This document shows, in pieces, positions 9,804-19,278 of a stretch of 64,000 bases of DNA. Under the pieces are notes generated by a model that did no database searches, was not told the origin of the DNA, and was given only the letters and a program-made list of their open reading frames with translations. Numbering within the stretch: the stretch's first letter is position 1; each line of letters starts with the position of its first letter. The translations under genes were made by a program, and so were the position numbers. The stretch is from the NCBI GenBank assembly GCA_037441525.1, contig JBBISA010000011.1, positions 11,502-75,501 of the forward strand, read 5' to 3'. Source of the DNA: Bacteroidota bacterium (lineage in GTDB: Bacteria; Bacteroidota; Bacteroidia; Bacteroidales; UBA7960).

Positions 9804-12800
9804 ATGAAACATATTCTTTATCTGTTACTCTCTTTATATTTTTCAATTATACCGTTTTATAGCGATTCACAGGTTTTTGTTGATTGGGGCAGTGAATGGA
9901 GCTACTTCAAAGGGGTTGCAGAACCATCGCAACCTCAGGGATCATGGAGAACCAATTCTTTTAATGCATCAACATGGGCTCTGGGCAATGCACCCTTTCA
10001 GTATGGGGAAGGTACCTATGGTACCGTATTGGATGATATGCAGGGCAATTATTCAACCTTGTTTATCCGTAAAGAATTTTTCCTGGAAAATATTGACGAG
10101 ATAGATAACTTATTGGTGGCTGTCGATTACGATGATGGTTATGCCCTATGGATTAACGGCAGTTTGGTAATAAATCGCAATGCCCCCGCACGGCTTGAAT
10201 TCAACCAGTTTGGTACGATTGATCATGAATCTGGCAATTATGATATTACAACGCTGACCATAGGTGAGCTAACCCTGATAAACGGTATCAATGTAGTTGC
10301 CATTCAGGGTTTTAATTATTCGCTATCGAGCAACGATTTTTACATCAATGCTTATTTGGAGGGAAAAAAAGGGATGCCTGTTGCCGGGAATGTCAGGGTT
10401 GATACCCGAAGCGGATTCTACACCGAAGTATTTACAACACAACTTACCGGAACCCAACCCGGCGACCCAATACATTATACCCTGGATGGTACAGATCCGC
10501 GTATTTCTTCAACAGCCCTAAAGGGTACTTCGCCTGTTCAGGTGACCATTGATCCCGACAGTAACCTTGGCGAAAGAGGTAAAACCGGGGGTGTGGTATT
10601 GCGGGCATCAATCATAAAAACCGGGTTTTTGCCCGGCATCCCCACTACACGCAATTATATTTTTCTGAAGAAAGTAATAACCCAGACCCATCCGGGAGGC
10701 CCCTGGCCCACCGGCAACATTAACGGCCAGATAATTGACCTGCCAATGGATGCCCGTGTAACCAATGATGTGCGGTACAAAGAATTGATGGACGACGCTC
10801 TGCTTGATATTCCTACGATAGCAATAACTACGGCGCCAGATAACCTTTTCAATCCAATAAGTGGCATTTATGTGAATGCAAAATATCATGGCCGAACATG
10901 GGAAAGACCTTCCAATGTAGAACTCATTTACCCTGATGGCCGACCCGGCTTCAATATCGATGCAGGTTTGCGTATCAGGGGAGGATGGAGTCGTCACCCT
11001 GAATTTCCTAAACATGCCTTCAGACTTTTTTTCCGATCTGAATATGGTGAATCAAAACTACGCTTCCCCCTGTTTGGTAATGATGGCGTAAGCACTTTCG
11101 ATAAAATAGATTTTCGTACCAGTCAGAACTATTCATGGAGCAAAGGCGGCCCTGAGGGGGTTTATAATACCATGAACCGCGATGTTTTTTCGCGCGACAT
11201 ACAGCGCGACATGGGGCACCCCTATACCCGCAGCCGGTATTATCATCTTTATATAAATGGCTTGTACTGGGGTATTTATCAATCTCAGGAAAGGGCCGAA
11301 GCCGACTTTGCCCAATCCTACCTGGGAGGTATCAGCGATGATTACGATGTGATAAAGGTAGATATTGGTGAAAACTGGAATCTTTACACCATAGAGGCAA
11401 CCGATGGTAATACCGATGCCTGGGAAGCTGTTTGGAGCATGACCCAAAAAGGATTTGCAGCCAATGCTGATTATTTTAATTTGATAGGCAGAACCCCGGC
11501 GGGAGAACCCGACCCATCAAAAACAGTATGGGTCGACATAGACAACCTCATCGATTATATGCTGATCATTTTCTACACCGGCAATTTTGATGCACCTGTA
11601 TCTAAATTTTCAAACAACTACAACCCCAATAACTTCTTTGCGATTTTTAACCGCACCCGAACCGACCAGGGGTTTAAATTCATCATTCATGATGCAGAGC
11701 ATACCCTTTTGGCCAATCCGGTGGGCCCGGGGGTTGGACTTAACGAAAACCGAGTAAACATTGGCAACATAACTTTTGGTCAAATGAATGTTACCTCTTT
11801 TAGCAAATTTCATCCGCAATGGTTGCACCACCGGCTAACATCCAACCGCGAGTATCGCATGAGGTTTATTGACAGGGCTTACAAGCATTTTATACAAAAT
11901 GGGATATTGCAACCCGACAGCAATGTGAAACGCTTTAAAAGCACGGCCGACCAACTGCAGCTTGCCATCATTGCCGAGTCGGCACGCTGGGGCGACGTCT
12001 TTGTTTCGGTACCACGTACAAAGGACAAAGACTGGATACCAGCTGTAAACCAGGTAATCAATGATTATTTCCCCTATCGTACTGACATTGTTCTTGGACA
12101 GTTGTTACAACAAAGCTTATATGCTATGCTTAAAGCACCTGTGGTAAAAAATGCCGGGGGTGAAGTAATAAAAGGGACAAAGTTGCGTATAGCCGATGAA
12201 ACAGAGATTACCCTGGAAAACATCAATACCAACGGCACCATATTCTACACCTTCGATGGAACCGATCCGCGGGCCGTTGGCGGCCAAACATCTTCAACAG
12301 CCAAAGCAACTTCCAGTTTTGCCACCCTGAAAGCAATGCCGGGAACACAGTTGAAAGCCCGTATCAGGTGGGTAGATCTCTGGAGTCCACTTCATGAGAT
12401 TTATTTCCAGGATACTTCAGTTTTTGATTACCTTAAGGTTACTGAGATGCACTACAATCCCACTGACGAAGGAGATTTGAACGGTCAGGAACTGGAATTT
12501 ATAGAGTTGAAAAATACCGGGAAACGCCCCATTGACCTTTCAGGAGTATCGTTTACCGAAGGGATACAGTATACGTTTGCTACTGGAACAATTGTCAATC
12601 CAGGTGATTTTGTGGTACTTGCATCGAATAATGAAGCTTTTTCAGGTTTTTATCAGATGCCGACATCTCATCAGTATGCAGGCAGGCTTTCCAATTCAGG
12701 CGAAACAATAACCTTAAAGGCTTCAACCGGAGAGATTATTTTCTCCTATAGTTATTCGGACAAAGCCCCATGGCCCATTGAAGCCGATGGCAAAGGCCCG

Positions 12801-14039
12801 TCTTTAGTATCGGTGGAGGTAAACCCACGTGGAAACCCCGATACTTATGAGTACTGGACTCTCTCCAAATATAAAAGCGGTTCACCCTATGCCAATGATG
12901 AAGCTTCCCAACTTATAATAACACTTCAACATTTAATAGAAAATCAGGCACAGGTTGTACTTAACCTGGATGAAATATTCGACACCCCCCCTGGCTCCAA
13001 TTATTACCAATTAATAAATGATCGTCCAGCCTATGCAGATGCCACCCTGTTGGGAGGTTTGCTTGCCCTGAAGCCACTGAAACGAGGGGATACCCGCATT
13101 CACCTTACCATAACACCCGTTTCTGGTGCACCCTGGACCACCGCTTTCAGGGTACTTGTTCACCCACAGGCTCACCAGTTATCAAAGGGGGCCTATACTT
13201 TCGCCCAATGGCAGACCACCGAACCTGAATACTCTTACCCTGCAAATATGCTATTCCTTCAATCCGACATCAATGATCCCGGATTAGCCCATCCCCTGCT
13301 GTTCCCCTATTTTGTTGCCCACAACGACTACCACTCGAATGACCTGGACAAAATAGGGTTTCCATACTCCTTAACCGGACGCACACGGCTCAATGCCCTG
13401 GGCAGTGAGGGCATTTCGTTTATAAATACCGGCCGACAGCGCGATTTGGGTGGAGCGATGCTGGCCCTTGATACTCGCGGCATTACCAGCGCACAAGTCG
13501 ATTGGACAGCAGGCACCGTGCTGCGAAACGATCGGGTGTATGCCCTAAGGTTGCAATACCGCACCGGCACCCAGGGTGAATGGCGCGACCTGCTCATCAA
13601 CGGACAGGTTCAGGAATACATTACCCAAGCCAATGGCCACTCAAGACAGATGGGACCTGTAATGCTTCCGGCCGAGTTGCTCAACCTTCCCAACCTGCAA
13701 CTTCTATGGAAGTACTACCATGTGTCGGGCAACAGTGGCTCACGCGCAGAACTGCGACTCGACAATATTTACATTACATCCACAGTGAATGTTGATGAAA
13801 TTGATACACCGGGATTCATTATATATTCCGCCGGAAATAAACTTTTCGCCAGTGTAAATCAGCCACAGAATGCCTTTGTAAAGGTTTACAACCTGATGGG
13901 CCAGGAAGTATTCAGCGCACCAATTGCAGACTCAGGGGTGCAGGCTTTCGAAATGCAATTATCGACCGGCATATATATAGCCCGCATTACCAATGGGTTT
14001 TTGGTGGAAAGCCGAAAAATTTTAATCAACAGCAGGTAA
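9804..14039 (+). CDS. T9SS-secreted CotH kinase family protein with Fn3-associated and lamin-tail domains
   Basis: GLRIRGGWS..KHAFRLFF, YYHLYINGLYWGIY, NNFF..IIHDAE (CotH); IHYTLDGTDP and IFYTFDGTDP (Fn3_assoc); VTEMHYNP..EFIELKN..LSNSGE (lamin tail); C-terminal VYNLMGQ..GIYIARI. Confidence 0.85.
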   Translation: MKHILYLLLSLYFSIIPFYSDSQVFVDWGSEWSYFKGVAEPSQPQGSWRTNSFNASTWALGNAPFQYGEGTYGTVLDDMQGNYSTLFIRKEFFLENIDEIDNLLVAVDYDDGYALWINGSLVINRNAPARLEFNQFGTIDHESGNYDITTLTIGELTLINGINVVAIQGFNYSLSSNDFYINAYLEGKKGMPVAGNVRVDTRSGFYTEVFTTQLTGTQPGDPIHYTLDGTDPRISSTALKGTSPVQVTIDPDSNLGERGKTGGVVLRASIIKTGFLPGIPTTRNYIFLKKVITQTHPGGPWPTGNINGQIIDLPMDARVTNDVRYKELMDDALLDIPTIAITTAPDNLFNPISGIYVNAKYHGRTWERPSNVELIYPDGRPGFNIDAGLRIRGGWSRHPEFPKHAFRLFFRSEYGESKLRFPLFGNDGVSTFDKIDFRTSQNYSWSKGGPEGVYNTMNRDVFSRDIQRDMGHPYTRSRYYHLYINGLYWGIYQSQERAEADFAQSYLGGISDDYDVIKVDIGENWNLYTIEATDGNTDAWEAVWSMTQKGFAANADYFNLIGRTPAGEPDPSKTVWVDIDNLIDYMLIIFYTGNFDAPVSKFSNNYNPNNFFAIFNRTRTDQGFKFIIHDAEHTLLANPVGPGVGLNENRVNIGNITFGQMNVTSFSKFHPQWLHHRLTSNREYRMRFIDRAYKHFIQNGILQPDSNVKRFKSTADQLQLAIIAESARWGDVFVSVPRTKDKDWIPAVNQVINDYFPYRTDIVLGQLLQQSLYAMLKAPVVKNAGGEVIKGTKLRIADETEITLENINTNGTIFYTFDGTDPRAVGGQTSSTAKATSSFATLKAMPGTQLKARIRWVDLWSPLHEIYFQDTSVFDYLKVTEMHYNPTDEGDLNGQELEFIELKNTGKRPIDLSGVSFTEGIQYTFATGTIVNPGDFVVLASNNEAFSGFYQMPTSHQYAGRLSNSGETITLKASTGEIIFSYSYSDKAPWPIEADGKGPSLVSVEVNPRGNPDTYEYWTLSKYKSGSPYANDEASQLIITLQHLIENQAQVVLNLDEIFDTPPGSNYYQLINDRPAYADATLLGGLLALKPLKRGDTRIHLTITPVSGAPWTTAFRVLVHPQAHQLSKGAYTFAQWQTTEPEYSYPANMLFLQSDINDPGLAHPLLFPYFVAHNDYHSNDLDKIGFPYSLTGRTRLNALGSEGISFINTGRQRDLGGAMLALDTRGITSAQVDWTAGTVLRNDRVYALRLQYRTGTQGEWRDLLINGQVQEYITQANGHSRQMGPVMLPAELLNLPNLQLLWKYYHVSGNSGSRAELRLDNIYITSTVNVDEIDTPGFIIYSAGNKLFASVNQPQNAFVKVYNLMGQEVFSAPIADSGVQAFEMQLSTGIYIARITNGFLVESRKILINSR

Positions 14040-14047
14040 GGTTTAGC

Positions 14048-14179
14048 CCGGGTGGTAACTGCAATTCCCGCCCGGACTTTTCTAAGGACAGGATAGGAAT
14101 CAAAACTTCAGACCTTACTTGTGTTTGACTTAATGAGATAATTCAGGACGGGTGGGAAGTGAAAGTCCCGCCCGGACTT
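14048..14179. repeat. Two direct copies of a GC-rich hairpin (REP-like) between convergent genes
   Basis: 14048-14079 CCGGGTGGtaactgcaatTCCCGCCCGGACTT and 14149-14179 CGGGTGGgaagtgaaagTCCCGCCCGGACTT. Confidence 0.7.
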
Positions 14180-14187
14180 ATTTCATG

Positions 14188-16443
14188 TCAGGAAAGCATC
14201 ATGGAAAGGATTTTAAGATGCGGATAGTTAGGATCGAGTTGTTTCAATTCCTGAAACAGCTGAGCAGCATCGTTGCGTTGTTCCAGAACCAGGTTCACCA
14301 TGATCATGGAATGAAGATACGCCGGGTCAAACCTGAACTGTTCATAATACTCCACGAACCAACGCCTTGCCTGCTCAGGCTCCTTGCGTTCGAGATAAAA
14401 CTCGGCTAAAAGTCTTCCTGCAATATGCGACCGGTAAATATTCATTGAAGCGAGGAGAACATCGATAGCTTCATTGGTCCGGTTAGCAGCCCCAAGGGTT
14501 TGGGCATGCAGAACCTGGTCGCGGGTCTGAAAGGGGATATAATCATCGAAGTAGTATTTCCTGGGTGGCACCTGAAGAAACTGCCGCGCATTGGCAGCTT
14601 CAAGGGCACCGGCAATGGTTTTGGCCTGTTCATTCTGGTTATTGTACACAAGAGCGGCGTAGAGTTTTCCCATTACATTGGGTTTGCGGTCTTCGGGGGC
14701 TAAATCCAAGGCTTGTTCAAAATACTTTATAGCTGAGGAAAGATCACCTTTTATGAGGTAAATTTCACCAATTCGGAACCGTGCAAAGAAAGATTCTTCA
14801 AACTCCAGAGACCGCAAATAATAATTCAGTGCCCTGGGCAAATCGGAAAGCTGGAGCAAGCTGGATGCTGCATCGCGGTAATTTTCAGCGATGTAAGGAT
14901 TCATTCGCAGCAGCGCTTCATACTCGCGATAGGCCAATTCGGGCCGTCCTATCTTCTCATATCTACTGGCCAACTGAACCCTTGCCGTGGTAAGGTCCAA
15001 TGATGGATTTCTCATAACGTTAAAGGCCAGCGAATCGACAAAACCTCGGGTACGATAGGTTTGGGCGTAGCTTACAGACTGACTGTCGTCTTTCACGAAT
15101 GGCCAGTGCCGCATAAGTTGTTGAATGCGATGGTGAGCAAGAAGCCGGTCGAGATCGGTAACACCCCAGTTGTTTTTGTAATATTCCCGTGAAGGGATTT
15201 GTTTCCGTTGTTCGCCTAATACCCCCGAAGCAGCAATGGCGTTGAAAAATGCCTCAGCCATGAGAAAATTCCCTTCAATATTGGGGTGAACATGCTCAGT
15301 CATATAATTGTTGCCAATGAGCCGGTTAGGTGAGTTCTCATTAAAATGATCGAGCATAGGTACCTTGTACGCGTTGTATTTTTTGGTTAGCTCCCCTATG
15401 ATTTGGTTTATATCTTCACTTGCTCTGAAACGCAGGCAATCGAGATCCTTTGCACGGTAATAGAGGTTAAATGCACTCTCATAATCGCCATCAGCTTCCG
15501 CCAGCCTGGCCCGGTTATAAACGTCAGCAGCAGCCTCAAGGGTATCAGTTGCCATGGAATTGAAGGGTTCCATACCGTTGATGTTACTTACCATTTCACT
15601 GTAAAATACAGGAACCCCTTTTTTTGCGGCATGATTAAGAACTTCGCTCATATTTTGACGATAATGGCGCATGGTAATATTGTATTCATTGCTGTGAAGC
15701 AAAATATCGGCATTGGCCACAATCCGCTTCATGAGTGTACCCGTCGTCTTTTCGGCTCCGGCCCTGGCAATTTTCATGGCTATGCTGGTAATGCCCTGGC
15801 GAAACATCTGATATGTCCTGAAGTCCATAAACCACAAATGAAGTTTTACAAGGGATCGGTTTCTGCTCATGGTTTCGTTGGAACCTATACCAAAAGCGCC
15901 ATAGAACTCATTGTGACCTTCGTAGATGAGTATGGCGTCGGGGCTCCAGGCAAGTATCTGACCAATGAAATCGCGAAGGGTAAAACTGTTGATGGCCGTA
16001 ATAGATGTGTTTACCATTTCAATACGCTTGCCGGGCCAGGCATCTTCCAGCTGCTGGTGCAAAATGCGGGAAAACATAATATTGCGGTCGTAAGGAAAAC
16101 CATAAACCACCGAACTGCCCATTACAAATACCCTGAAGGTATTTTCAGGTTTTTTCTTCAGAAAAATATCGTTGGCCGGAGACGTATATTCCAGTTTCTG
16201 AAAATATTTCCTGCCGATCTCCGGGTTCACGATCATATACTTTTCATACCCTTCAACCTCATTGGGAATAAACAATTTAAGATTTCCGCCATACCCAAAC
16301 AACCTTAATAACACTTCTAACATAATCAGAAACACGATGGGCAACAACAGGGCAATAAGTTTAAAAACTCTCTGCCTGCCTGGTGAAATTGCCTGGGCAG
16401 GTTTTTTTTCTGATTTTTTTACAGGTTTTTTTGCCTTAGCCAT
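14188..16443 (-). CDS. Membrane-anchored SGNH/GDSL hydrolase with C-terminal TPR repeats
   Basis: N-terminal TM helix; block I VMGSSVVYG, block III YEGHNE, block V EHVHPN; TPR-like helices (ARFRIGEIYLIKGDLSSAIKYFEQALDLAP). Confidence 0.8.
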   Translation of the reverse strand: MAKAKKPVKKSEKKPAQAISPGRQRVFKLIALLLPIVFLIMLEVLLRLFGYGGNLKLFIPNEVEGYEKYMIVNPEIGRKYFQKLEYTSPANDIFLKKKPENTFRVFVMGSSVVYGFPYDRNIMFSRILHQQLEDAWPGKRIEMVNTSITAINSFTLRDFIGQILAWSPDAILIYEGHNEFYGAFGIGSNETMSRNRSLVKLHLWFMDFRTYQMFRQGITSIAMKIARAGAEKTTGTLMKRIVANADILLHSNEYNITMRHYRQNMSEVLNHAAKKGVPVFYSEMVSNINGMEPFNSMATDTLEAAADVYNRARLAEADGDYESAFNLYYRAKDLDCLRFRASEDINQIIGELTKKYNAYKVPMLDHFNENSPNRLIGNNYMTEHVHPNIEGNFLMAEAFFNAIAASGVLGEQRKQIPSREYYKNNWGVTDLDRLLAHHRIQQLMRHWPFVKDDSQSVSYAQTYRTRGFVDSLAFNVMRNPSLDLTTARVQLASRYEKIGRPELAYREYEALLRMNPYIAENYRDAASSLLQLSDLPRALNYYLRSLEFEESFFARFRIGEIYLIKGDLSSAIKYFEQALDLAPEDRKPNVMGKLYAALVYNNQNEQAKTIAGALEAANARQFLQVPPRKYYFDDYIPFQTRDQVLHAQTLGAANRTNEAIDVLLASMNIYRSHIAGRLLAEFYLERKEPEQARRWFVEYYEQFRFDPAYLHSMIMVNLVLEQRNDAAQLFQELKQLDPNYPHLKILSMMLS

Positions 16444-16673
16444 GGGTATAGATTATTGAAAGTGGAATAGTTAATTGATAGCCAACACTGCAAATTCAGA
16501 CGTAGTGAAAATGTATGTTCCGGCGCCGAAATTACTACTTCCTGAAAAACAACGGAAAAGTTGGTTAAAAAAAGTTGTGCGCTGAAAATATAACTATCAT
16601 ATTATCAATAACAAGAATCGAAAACAATACCCATGTATATGTTAAGGGAAATTCATAATCAGGAATAATGGTG

Positions 16674-16681
16674 TATATTTG
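16674..16681 (+). promoter_or_regulatory. -7 promoter element for the GH10-GH5-GH16 operon
   Basis: TATATTTG, about 55 nt upstream of ATG 16736. Confidence 0.6.
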
Positions 16682-16735
16682 ACAACCCCAAACACCCTAT
16701 ACATTTAACATATTAGCCACCAAATTTCTTAAAGA

Positions 16736-19261
16736 ATGATTAAAAATTTACTAAAGAACGCTATAGTGTTGATTTTTATTCTTGTATTTCAAACACTAAC
16801 TGCTCAGATACCTGAAGGGGGAGCGCAATTGAATGCCACCACCGGCACTACCTTCCAGAGAATTGGCGGTGGGACACTCACCACAGTATCTGTAACAGGT
16901 CAATCATTCACCACAGCATTGCGAATGGTTACAGGCAGCCCTATGAACAATGCATGGGACTCGCAAATCCGTTTTCCGGCCGTAGCCGGAATAGCTTCAA
17001 ACGACGTTATCCTGGTAGCCTTCTGGGCACGTACCATTTCGACACAGGTTGAAACCGGTGAGGGCCAACTGATTGTGGTCATTGAGAATAATTCAACCTA
17101 TGCGAAAGAGATATACCAGCAAGTTAACATAGGCGCTGACTGGAAACAGTATTTTGCCCCGGTAAAAGTGGTTTCGACATTGGCATCTAATCAGGTTTCC
17201 TATGCCTTTTTTACTGGTTTTGCTAACCAAACCATCGAAATTGCAGATGTTAAATATCTGAACTACAAAAACACCCTTACTCTTGAAGCACTTCCAGTAA
17301 CAGAGATAACCTATATAGGCCAGGCCCCCGACGCCCCCTGGCGCCAGCCAGCACAGGAAAGGATCAGTCTTTACAGGAAAGGTACTGTTACTTTCCTTGT
17401 AGTAGATGAGAATGGAGTACCTGTACCCGATGCAGAGCTTTCCATTGAAATGACCCGGCACCAGTTTGGATTTGGCACTGCTATTCCCGCCTCAAGATTT
17501 CTCACCAATGCTACCTTCAGAAATAAGGTGTATGAACTATTCAACGAGGTTGTTTTTGAAAACGATCTGAAATGGACCAATTTCAATCCGGCATCAACCC
17601 TGAACCTCCGCAATTCTCTCGACTCCCTTGAAAAACGCAACATCCCAGTTCGCGGACATACTGTTGTATGGCCTGCATGGCGATGGCTGCCTACCTGGCT
17701 AAGGCAATATGAAACCGACCCGGTTGCCCTGCGCATGTTTGTTGAAAAGCGCATTGAAGAAGTAGTAACCTTTGGCAAGGGGAGGCTGGTGGATTGGGAT
17801 GTGCTCAATGAACCCTACTCCGAAAAAGACCTGATGACCATTTTGGGCAACGATGTAATGGCCGACTGGTTTAAACGGACCCGAATCTATGACCGAGGAG
17901 TAAAACTTTATATTAACGATTATGCCATACTGAGTGGCGGCGGTTACAACCAGGTAAAACAAGACTTCTATTTCAACCTGGTTAAACAAATAGACAATCA
18001 GGGTGGCCAAATTGACGGCATAGGTTTTCAGGGCCACTTTGGCGGCGATCTTACCTCAGTGCAGAAGGTTTATGATATTATTGACCGCTATGCCGCCTTA
18101 GGTAAGGAGATTAAAATTACCGAACATGATATAAATGTTACCCAACGTGCTGTGCAGGCCGATTATACCCGCGATTTTATGACCATAGTGTTCAGCCATC
18201 CTTCAGTTAAGTCATTTCTTTTCTGGGGTTTCTGGGAAAGCAGCCACTGGATGCCCAATGCAGCCTTTTATAATGCCGACTGGAGCATTCGCCCCCATGG
18301 CGAAATGTATAAAGAAATGGTGTTTAACCAATGGTGGACGCCAAAAACAGAGCTTGCCACCGATGATGAAGGGATAGCTGGGGCCGAAGGTTTCCTGGGT
18401 ACCTATAAATACACCCTCACTGTTGAAGGTGCAGAACGAACCGGCACCTTTACCATTGAAAATTCGAACCACTCTGAAGCAGGAAACCCAATCATCCTGT
18501 CGCTTGATGCGTCTGTTCCTGAACAGATAAAGGTTACCGCCGCCAAACCAGGGGTACTTTGCGAAGGGGAGACCATTATACTCAGCGCACCGGTTGTAGA
18601 AGGCTTTGAATATGCCTGGTATCGCAATGAGGAGGTGCTTGCAGAAACCAACTCAACTTTGGAAACAGGAATCGCAGGCGCTTATAAAGCAGTAATGACC
18701 AAAGGGGATGTAACCCTGGAATCACCTGCCTTTGAAGTAGTTGTAAATCCCATCCCTGAAGCATCAATCGCAGTAACAGGCCAGTTGGCATTTTGTCCAG
18801 GGGGTTCGGTGAAACTTACCGCCAATGCCGGGACAGAACTTACCTACGACTGGATGCGCAACAACGTAAAAATTCAGGGGTCAGTATCAACTTTAGTTGC
18901 AAAGACTGCCGGTACATACACTCTCGTAACTCATGCCAAGGGTTGCAAAGCAGTTTCAGAACCTGTTGTGGTTCAGGTTTACGATGCCAACGACGAGCAA
19001 TGCACCATCGGCATTTTCGAAAATAATGAGAGCGTTCGCATTTATCCCAACCCCTTCAGGGAATCTTTTACCCTTGAAATTCCCTACCATTTACCAAACG
19101 GTATCATTGAAGTGTATAATACCGTTGGCCAGAGGGTATTTGTTTCCGAAATGTCGGCCACCGAAACTCAATACCGTATCCCGGTAAGTGAGCCCGGATT
19201 TTATACCGTAAAGTTGAGTAATAATGAGGGAAGCAGAACCTTCAGAATTGTAGGAAATTAA
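16736..19261 (+). CDS. GH10 (endo-1,4-beta-xylanase family) with N-terminal CBM-like domain, Ig-like repeats and T9SS CTD
   Basis: ENDLKW, VRGHTVVW, WDVLNEP, LYINDY, GIGFQGH, ITEHD; C-terminal IYPNPF. Confidence 0.9.
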   Translation: MIKNLLKNAIVLIFILVFQTLTAQIPEGGAQLNATTGTTFQRIGGGTLTTVSVTGQSFTTALRMVTGSPMNNAWDSQIRFPAVAGIASNDVILVAFWARTISTQVETGEGQLIVVIENNSTYAKEIYQQVNIGADWKQYFAPVKVVSTLASNQVSYAFFTGFANQTIEIADVKYLNYKNTLTLEALPVTEITYIGQAPDAPWRQPAQERISLYRKGTVTFLVVDENGVPVPDAELSIEMTRHQFGFGTAIPASRFLTNATFRNKVYELFNEVVFENDLKWTNFNPASTLNLRNSLDSLEKRNIPVRGHTVVWPAWRWLPTWLRQYETDPVALRMFVEKRIEEVVTFGKGRLVDWDVLNEPYSEKDLMTILGNDVMADWFKRTRIYDRGVKLYINDYAILSGGGYNQVKQDFYFNLVKQIDNQGGQIDGIGFQGHFGGDLTSVQKVYDIIDRYAALGKEIKITEHDINVTQRAVQADYTRDFMTIVFSHPSVKSFLFWGFWESSHWMPNAAFYNADWSIRPHGEMYKEMVFNQWWTPKTELATDDEGIAGAEGFLGTYKYTLTVEGAERTGTFTIENSNHSEAGNPIILSLDASVPEQIKVTAAKPGVLCEGETIILSAPVVEGFEYAWYRNEEVLAETNSTLETGIAGAYKAVMTKGDVTLESPAFEVVVNPIPEASIAVTGQLAFCPGGSVKLTANAGTELTYDWMRNNVKIQGSVSTLVAKTAGTYTLVTHAKGCKAVSEPVVVQVYDANDEQCTIGIFENNESVRIYPNPFRESFTLEIPYHLPNGIIEVYNTVGQRVFVSEMSATETQYRIPVSEPGFYTVKLSNNEGSRTFRIVGN

Positions 19262-19278
19262 TCTAATAAAACCTAAGA

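Noticed and set aside
15403-16308. 301-aa plus-strand ORF
   Set aside because: Lies wholly antisense to the SGNH-TPR gene and has no protein-family features.
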